From IMG/VR virus record IMGVR_UViG_3300010005_000037, positions 1-33,177 of that record: a stretch of DNA of 33,177 bases, one strand, 5' to 3'. Of the stretch, positions 27,545 to 33,177 are shown one piece after another; position 1 is the stretch's first letter, and each line of letters opens with the position of its first letter. The position numbers were made by a program, and so were the translations under genes. The notes under the pieces are model-generated. The model searched no databases and was not told the DNA's origin. It saw nothing but the letters and a program-made list of their open reading frames with translations. Source of the DNA: a virus. Lineage: Duplodnaviria > Caudoviricetes.

Positions 27545-27671
27545 GGCAAGAGCTTACCGGTAATTCTGGACGCATTTTCTCTGCGTGCGGGTGGCGATCC
27601 CCGCATCGCTCCGGCTGGCGGCTCTACGGCCCCGCTCTGCAAACGTGTCGCCCTAATTCGTAACGGTGCCG

Positions 27672-27700
27672 AAACTATCCTTTTTTCACAAGGTTTTCAA
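27672..27700 (-). promoter_or_regulatory. Putative late promoter overlapping the 3' end of the NusG-like gene
   Basis: TTGAAA-17 nt-TAGTTT. The -10 contains the nusG-like stop codon and points into terS. Confidence 0.55.
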
Positions 27701-28208
27701 GGGGCACCGTCGTTTCGACTTGCCGGCCGAAAATCGACACGAGGATATTCACAGCCCTTGGGTTGCGCACCGTGTCGACCACACTTTCCAGGCCGGCAAG
27801 CGGCCCCTCCAGAACCTTGACCTTCTGACCCGGCTTCACCAGCTCGCCGTGGACGCGCAGCATGTCGAAATCGCCCGCCTCTTGCCGTGCGCGGATCTCG
27901 TCCACCACCGGCGCGGCTAGGCCGATCGGCTCGCCGCCGACGCTGCGCAGGATGCTGTGCACCGCCTTGCAGCGGGTGAGCTTATACCAGTTGATGTTGT
28001 CGGCCCGCATGAACAGATAGCCCCGAAAGAGCGGGTACGGGCGGACAATCCACTTCTTCTGCCGGTGGTGTTTGAATTCGTACTGGTAAACCGGGCAGTA
28101 CGCGACCATGCCGCGCGCGCTGATTTCCTCTTCGGCCGTGCGCTCCATCTGCGGTTTGGCGCGCACCACAACCCACGGGCTGGCGTTTCCGATCAACGAC
28201 ATGTTCAT
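27675..28208 (-). CDS. NusG-family transcription antiterminator (NGN + KOW), phage paralogue
   Basis: WVVVRAKP..E, PLFRGYLF, GQKVKVLEGPLAGL, VSIFGR. Confidence 0.92.
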   Translation of the reverse strand: MNMSLIGNASPWVVVRAKPQMERTAEEEISARGMVAYCPVYQYEFKHHRQKKWIVRPYPLFRGYLFMRADNINWYKLTRCKAVHSILRSVGGEPIGLAAPVVDEIRARQEAGDFDMLRVHGELVKPGQKVKVLEGPLAGLESVVDTVRNPRAVNILVSIFGRQVETTVPLENLVKKG

Positions 28209-28684
28209 AGGCGGAAATCCTTCAATTCATCGAACACGTCGAAGCGTGCGCTTTTCGGCCTGGTCTTGATGGTCGGGTTGGTTTCCAGCCGCCGCTCACG
28301 TTCGAGGCGCTCTTGCTTCTCGCCTTCTGTCTCGAATCGGCGGATTGGCACGCCCTTCTTTCGTATCGCGGCAAGCACGATCCCTAGATGTTCGTCGCTG
28401 AGGTCAGCCTTGAAGGTCTGGCGCCGGCCGTTTTCCAGCAGGTCGATCGTCCACCCCCAACCGGACGAATAGTATTCGATGACATGCACAGGCCGGCGAT
28501 ATTTGAAGCGCTCGCCGCGGCTCGTGGTCGCCAGCCGTTCGGTGTTCGAAGTCCCGAGCAGCCTTTGCGCCATCTTCAATTCTTGCTGGTCCATACCGGT
28601 CAGCGCCGAGGCTGGTTGCCAGCCGGCCAGCAGCTTTTCTGCCATGCGGTCCAGTTCGTCGTCGGTGTATTCGTGGTCAGTCAT
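28205..28684 (-). CDS. Hypothetical protein (159 aa)
   Basis: Start reassigned to ATG 28684 with AGGAGG RBS. Confidence 0.7.
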   Translation of the reverse strand: MTDHEYTDDELDRMAEKLLAGWQPASALTGMDQQELKMAQRLLGTSNTERLATTSRGERFKYRRPVHVIEYYSSGWGWTIDLLENGRRQTFKADLSDEHLGIVLAAIRKKGVPIRRFETEGEKQERLERERRLETNPTIKTRPKSARFDVFDELKDFRL

Positions 28685-28757
28685 CGAACGCCTCCTAGGC
28701 ATCGGGACAGGGAGGAAGGGAAGAGACACGGAAGAAGGGTGTTGGTTAGTATTGGGG

Positions 28758-29801
28758 TCATTTCTTGCCCCCTTTCATGAACCGATAAATGGGCGGGTCA
28801 TTCGGCCCCCGGCCTCCTTTGTGCACGCATTCGATGAGGCCTCGTTGGTCGAGAACCAGGCGCGCATCCCTGAAGGTGTTGATCGACCAGCGGAGGCTTT
28901 CCGCCATGCCCTTCGCTAGGGCGAATTCGGCATCGGCATTGTGATGCCTGCGAAGGACCGAGAGGAGCGCCCAGGCCCTGGGCTCCTCGGCCGCCAAATC
29001 GTCTACTTCGTCTGCGGCGAAGACGACCCGGGGGCCGTACCCGAACCAGTTCTTGCCTTCGACCTCATATCCCCATGCTGAGGCCACTATCCTTAGAACC
29101 TCTTCGGCGGGCAGCGGCGGCATCATTTCAGCTTTGTTGTGTTCCATGGCGGCTCCCATCAGTTCCTCGATGTTGCGGCATTGCCGGGCGGATTTCATGC
29201 AGTGGCGCCACAGGATGTCGTTACGGTTGCCTTCCCGGGTCTTGGCCTTGCAAAAGTCGGCTACCGGCTCTTCGTTGTCGTTCGTTGTGGGAAGCGACGG
29301 CGCGGGTTGAGCCGGGCCCAGCGGCGACCGCATGACCGGCAGGCGGTCCAAATCATCGTACTTGCCAGCGACAATTCGGTAGATTCCCAGGGCGCCTCGC
29401 GACGGCGGCGCCACCACATACCCATGGCCGAGGATGTCGATAGGTACGCGAGGGTCAGGGCGGATGCGTCGGCCCTCTCCGTTGTGCCGGTACCAAGCTT
29501 GGAAGTGGCCCGAACCGCTCCTAACAATGAACGGGCTTTGACCGTGCCGGGCGAGCCCATCCGCAAGGACACGCTCATCTGGCGTGTCCACATCCAGAAC
29601 CGTTATCTTGTTACGCCGGCACGCCAAGCCGATGGCGTCATGCGATGGGAACTTGATCGCCAGTTGCTCGCTAACATCGGCGCCGAGCTTCAGGTATCCC
29701 TTCACGGCGGGCCGCTTGTCCTTTCCGACGATCGACACCGGAAAGGTTGAAATGCCGTGCCCGGCGTATACGGGTTGCCACGCCGCGAAAACCCCGGTCA
29801 A
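28758..29801 (-). CDS. Bifunctional DNA primase/polymerase (Prim-Pol) with PriCT-like and C-terminal wHTH-like regions; no helicase domain
   Basis: VLDVD, SGSGHFQAWY, DILGHGYVVAPPS. EGNRND..PPLPAEEV..IVASAW (PriCT-like). Confidence 0.88.
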   Translation of the reverse strand: MTGVFAAWQPVYAGHGISTFPVSIVGKDKRPAVKGYLKLGADVSEQLAIKFPSHDAIGLACRRNKITVLDVDTPDERVLADGLARHGQSPFIVRSGSGHFQAWYRHNGEGRRIRPDPRVPIDILGHGYVVAPPSRGALGIYRIVAGKYDDLDRLPVMRSPLGPAQPAPSLPTTNDNEEPVADFCKAKTREGNRNDILWRHCMKSARQCRNIEELMGAAMEHNKAEMMPPLPAEEVLRIVASAWGYEVEGKNWFGYGPRVVFAADEVDDLAAEEPRAWALLSVLRRHHNADAEFALAKGMAESLRWSINTFRDARLVLDQRGLIECVHKGGRGPNDPPIYRFMKGGKK

Positions 29802-30730
29802 CTGGCGCCCCCTGATGGGGCCGGCAGCGCCCCGGCAATCTTGATGCGATCGAGCTCTTCCTGATCGCGCTCGTCATAGAACGTTGACACGTTGATGCTA
29901 TCGAGGATTGCCGCTCGCAGAATGTCGGCGATGGTATTCGGCGGCAGGGCTTCAAGCTGGCACGTGCCACCCTTCCATGTTTTCGTGCGGGAATCCGTCG
30001 CCTTTGGCGGAGCCGTCGGCAACCTGAAATCCTCGACCTGTTCGGCAATCAGCGCGATCCGGCGAAATTTCACCGTAACAGTGGCCCATGGCCGATCCTG
30101 CTCAACGAATGCGGCGACATCCGCTGCAACGCTATCGAAAATGGACTGCCCGCTCGGATCGAAATCGCCCAGGTGCAGGATGATAGCAGGCTTTCCAATC
30201 TCGCAGATCCGATCGGCAAGGCGCTTTTTGGCGGTAAGGCTGTCGAAGCCACCAGACGAATAGACCGGGATCGAGTAGCGTTCAGCAACCCGGAAGAGCT
30301 GCGGCAGCATGCCTGCAGCTTCGCACCAGACTTCAACATGTCGCGGCTGGGCCGCCATCTTGTTGCGCTGGTAGCCTTCGCCGAGTTCGCGCACGTGGCG
30401 CAGGAAGTGTTCTTCACCGTCGAAATGGTCAAGGCTGTAGGTAGTCACGCCGTCATCGCGGATTGCATCGAACGGGATAACCTTGCCACGACGGGCGTTG
30501 GCCAGATGGTGGCAGAGGTTGCTATAAAACGCCTCGGTCTTGGGATAGCCGTGCGCGCCGATCAGGCGGTAGTAGATTTGCCGACAGGTGAGCGGCCAGT
30601 ACGAACGATACTCGTCCAGCACCTTTTGCGCATCGGCTAGCAGCCGGAGCGTTTTGGCCTGTGGATTGTAATCCGCGATGTAGCCGCGATGCCGGCCCCC
30701 ATCAGTTTTACGGCTTGCTGTAATTTCCAT
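29798..30730 (-). CDS. Topo VI-A/Spo11-like Toprim protein (Mini-A-like)
   Basis: LTCRQIYYRL (Arg + catalytic-type Tyr in a winged helix), VEVWCE, GGFDS, HLGDFDPSG (DxD), QLEALPP. Confidence 0.75.
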   Translation of the reverse strand: MEITASRKTDGGRHRGYIADYNPQAKTLRLLADAQKVLDEYRSYWPLTCRQIYYRLIGAHGYPKTEAFYSNLCHHLANARRGKVIPFDAIRDDGVTTYSLDHFDGEEHFLRHVRELGEGYQRNKMAAQPRHVEVWCEAAGMLPQLFRVAERYSIPVYSSGGFDSLTAKKRLADRICEIGKPAIILHLGDFDPSGQSIFDSVAADVAAFVEQDRPWATVTVKFRRIALIAEQVEDFRLPTAPPKATDSRTKTWKGGTCQLEALPPNTIADILRAAILDSINVSTFYDERDQEELDRIKIAGALPAPSGGAS

Positions 30731-30924
30731 TAGTGAGACCTCGCCCGGATGAGGTTTGCCTCACGGATCGCGGCAATTGCCTGTGGGGTCGACAAGCCGA
30801 AGCGCTCACGAAGTTGCGGGACTACCGCATGTGTCTTGTCGGCGCCGCCTGTCGCCAGCCACAGCGCGGCCGGCTGAATATCTGTCTGCGCCACCTGTTG
30901 AGCAGTGCTGACAGACGCGCTCAA
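30730..30924 (-). CDS. Small hypothetical protein (possible HTH)
   Basis: TTGA and TAATG overlaps with its neighbours. VPQLRERFGLS..QA motif. Confidence 0.6.
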   Translation of the reverse strand: MSASVSTAQQVAQTDIQPAALWLATGGADKTHAVVPQLRERFGLSTPQAIAAIREANLIRARSH

Positions 30925-31211
30925 GCAGCGACCGCCATGTCTTCGAGCACCGAAACCTTGGTGTGGAGCCGGTAGCGGGCGTGGTGACCTGGGAACTGGC
31001 CGCCATGGCTTTCATGCTCAGTCTCAATGACGAAGCCCAAGGCTCGAGCCTTGAAAACGTAGTCGGACCAGCGCGGCCCGGGGTGCGTGATCGGCGTACA
31101 GCCGCGGTTGCCGGCATCGATCAACTGCTTCATCGCCCATGCGACACGCCCATCAAGGCGCATCGTCTGGCCATCGGGCTCTATTTTCACAAGCAGGGTG
31201 AACTTCTTCAT
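30921..31211 (-). CDS. Winged-helix DNA-binding protein
   Basis: ATGA overlap. PRWSDYVFKARALGFVIET...HARYRL helix-turn-helix-wing pattern. Confidence 0.7.
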   Translation of the reverse strand: MKKFTLLVKIEPDGQTMRLDGRVAWAMKQLIDAGNRGCTPITHPGPRWSDYVFKARALGFVIETEHESHGGQFPGHHARYRLHTKVSVLEDMAVAA

Positions 31212-31408
31212 GCTGCGGAATCCTCTGTGAAAAAGCTGCGGAGCTTGCCGCGTTCGGCCACCCACTGGTTGCCAACCTTTTTTGCCGGCAGGAGGCCTTG
31301 CTCAAGCATGTGGAAGGTTTGCCGGGGTTTCCTGTTAATTTCTTTGCCAATGTTTTCGGCCCCCCAGACGAGGTCGATGGGCCGAGCCTCTATCACTGTC
31401 GTCATCAC
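31208..31408 (-). CDS. Excisionase-like small DNA-binding protein
   Basis: DLVWGAENIG..I.R..RQ.FHMLE.G.LPAKKVG..WV (MerR/Xis-like). First gene of the operon divergent from regulator and integrase. Confidence 0.72.
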   Translation of the reverse strand: MMTTVIEARPIDLVWGAENIGKEINRKPRQTFHMLEQGLLPAKKVGNQWVAERGKLRSFFTEDSAA

Positions 31409-31544
31409 GTACCTTTCATCGGTTTAGCGGCGTCTCGTTTTGTTCATGTAATCATCAATGTCAATTGATGTTACCATACAGCAGTCACTTGCAATGCGTA
31501 AAGGCCTGTGCGCAGTATCCCCGACTTTCTGGGGATAATTGGTA
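31409..31544. promoter_or_regulatory. Divergent lysis/lysogeny control region with inverted repeats
   Basis: AT-rich. CATCAAT-gtca-ATTGATG (31453-31470) overlaps a minus-strand TGgTAACAT extended -10. TATCCCC-N8-GGGGATA at 31516-31537. Confidence 0.65.
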
Positions 31545-31958
31545 ATGGCTGCTGACAAAGAGAGCACGATGCGGCGCGTTTACGTGCTTCCGACGGAGCT
31601 CGTGGACCGAATCACGGCCTTCCAGGCCGACATGAAACTTCAATCCGAGGTGGAGGCGGCGCGCCGGCTTCTGGATGAGGCGCTTAAGCACCGTGACAAC
31701 GCGGAAGCGATAACGCGCCGGTTCATTGAACGCCTGAAAGAAACGAGAATGATGTCCGACATTGCGAAGGACGTGCTCGTCGGTCACCCGCTGATTGATC
31801 AACTGAAGATCAATACCGGTTCGATCTCATTCGGCATGACGACCGGGGATCAAGTTACGGTCTTCCAGGACGGAAGCGCGATGCTGCGGGACCGCAACAA
31901 GCAGCAATTCAGCATCAACACCGAGGGCGTGAAGACCACGGATGAAATCCCGTTTTAG
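31545..31958 (+). CDS. Ribbon-helix-helix (Arc/CopG-like) regulator, probable repressor, ending in DEIPF
   Basis: RRVYVLPTELVDRI...SEVEAARRLLDEAL. Divergent from the early operon and co-oriented with the integrase. Confidence 0.7.
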   Translation: MAADKESTMRRVYVLPTELVDRITAFQADMKLQSEVEAARRLLDEALKHRDNAEAITRRFIERLKETRMMSDIAKDVLVGHPLIDQLKINTGSISFGMTTGDQVTVFQDGSAMLRDRNKQQFSINTEGVKTTDEIPF

Positions 31959-31968
31959 GGAGGGCTGA

Positions 31969-33177
31969 GTGTCAGTACGCAAGCGCAAATGGACTAATCC
32001 CAAGGGCGTCGAGAAAGAGGCGTGGGTAGTCGACTATGTGGACGGCAAGGGTATCCGCCGCCTAAAAACATATGCCCGGAAAAAAGATGCCGATGCCTTC
32101 GCGGCAACAGCAAGCGTCGAGGTGCGTGACGGTGTCCACGTCGCCGATAGCGCCACCGTGACGGTTCAGGAGGCGGCCGCCCTTTGGCTGAAGAGCTGCG
32201 AAAGTGCAGGCTTGGAGCGGTCAACGACCGACCAGTACAAGCAGCATGTCAGCTTGCATATAGACCCGACGATCGGCGCGACGAAGCTGTCCAAGATCAC
32301 AGTGCCGGCGGTGCGCGCGTTCCAGGAGCAATTGCGCGAGGGCGGCAGATCGGCGGCGATGATCAAGCGCGCCACCGTCAGCCTCGGCAGTATCCTGTCC
32401 GATGCGCAAGAGCGTGGGCTTGTGGTGCGCAACGCGGTGCATGAGATGTCGAAGCGCCGCGGCAATAGTGCCGGCAAGGCTGAGAGGCGCCAGAAGGCAC
32501 GGCTGCGGTACGGTGTGGACATTCCGACCATGGCGGAGGTCAGGGCAATCCTGGCGGCTGCAGAGGGCCGCTACCGATCGTTTCTGATCACGGCCATTTT
32601 CACCGGCATGAGGGCGTCCGAATTACGCGGGCTCTCTTGGGCCGATGTCGATCTCGACAAAGCACAGATCCATGTCCGGCAGCGGGCCGACAAATACCAT
32701 GTCCTCGGAATGCCGAAGTCGGATGCTGGACAGCGGACAATCCCGCTCACGCCGATGGTCGTGAACACGCTGAAGGAGTGGCGCCTTGCCTGCCCCAAGG
32801 GGGATCTCAATCTGGTCTTCCCCAATGGGGAGGGCAACGTCGAGTGGCACCAGAACATCATCAAGCGCGGCTTATGGCCGACACTGATCAAGGCCGGCGT
32901 CACCGTCCCGACTGACGAGAAGGATGAGCAGGACAATCCGATCATGGCCGCCAAGTACACTGGCCTACACGCCCTGCGGCACTGGTTTGCGTCGTGGTGC
33001 ATCAATAGCCGGGTTGATGGTGGGCTCGAGTTGTCACCAAAAGCGGTCCAGGCTCGCATGGGGCATTCGAGCATTCAGATCACGTTCGACACCTACGGCC
33101 ACCTGTTTCCGGCCACTGATGAAACCCAGGCGTTGGCCGACGCTGAAAGCCGCCTGATGGCCGCCAACGCGACATAG
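31969..33177 (+). CDS. int: Tyrosine recombinase / phage integrase
   Basis: TGMRASEL (R), PKS (K), HALRH (HxxR), MGH (H), DTYGH (Y). GGGAGG RBS. Confidence 0.96.
   Translation: MSVRKRKWTNPKGVEKEAWVVDYVDGKGIRRLKTYARKKDADAFAATASVEVRDGVHVADSATVTVQEAAALWLKSCESAGLERSTTDQYKQHVSLHIDPTIGATKLSKITVPAVRAFQEQLREGGRSAAMIKRATVSLGSILSDAQERGLVVRNAVHEMSKRRGNSAGKAERRQKARLRYGVDIPTMAEVRAILAAAEGRYRSFLITAIFTGMRASELRGLSWADVDLDKAQIHVRQRADKYHVLGMPKSDAGQRTIPLTPMVVNTLKEWRLACPKGDLNLVFPNGEGNVEWHQNIIKRGLWPTLIKAGVTVPTDEKDEQDNPIMAAKYTGLHALRHWFASWCINSRVDGGLELSPKAVQARMGHSSIQITFDTYGHLFPATDETQALADAESRLMAANAT

Larger units (their letters stand above)
1..33177. mobile_element. Temperate podovirus-like prophage, apparently near complete; att sites lie outside the window
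   Basis: Integrase, regulator, replication, terminase, portal, scaffold, capsid, tail tubular A/B, ejection proteins, fibre and lysis genes in canonical order. No tape measure or sheath gene. No obvious frameshifts in core genes. Confidence 0.95.

Noticed and set aside
33100-33177. attL/attR or tRNA integration target
   Set aside because: The window ends at the integrase stop and begins at another stop codon; no terminal direct repeat or tRNA is visible.

Overview
The whole window is a compact (~33 kb) temperate podovirus-type prophage, probably from a high-GC alphaproteobacterium (Rhizobiales-like; this is inference). It is cut exactly at the stop codons of its two terminal genes, so no att sites are visible. 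The right end holds a tyrosine integrase and a ribbon-helix-helix regulator, divergent from a very short, satellite-like early operon. That operon encodes a Xis-like protein, a winged-helix protein, a Topo VI-A/Spo11-like Toprim protein, a helicase-less Prim-Pol and a NusG paralogue. A minus-strand late operon follows: TerS, TerL, portal, scaffold, major capsid protein, tail tubular A/B, three ejection proteins, tail fibre, GH108 endolysin and overlapping spanins. Antisense accessory genes interrupt it (brnTA and two small membrane proteins). The most striking element is at the left end. An unannotated C4-type antisense RNA (~1062-1143, minus) has the classical two cis target sites, one covering the RBS of a very acidic EPxLG-repeat protein. 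A third matching site lies on the opposite strand over the RBS of a divergently transcribed HNH endonuclease, suggesting an RNA-gated nuclease/acidic-protein switch. A second candidate structured RNA, with three copies of one asymmetric internal loop, precedes the capsid gene. All calls come from manual motif reading; no searches were run.
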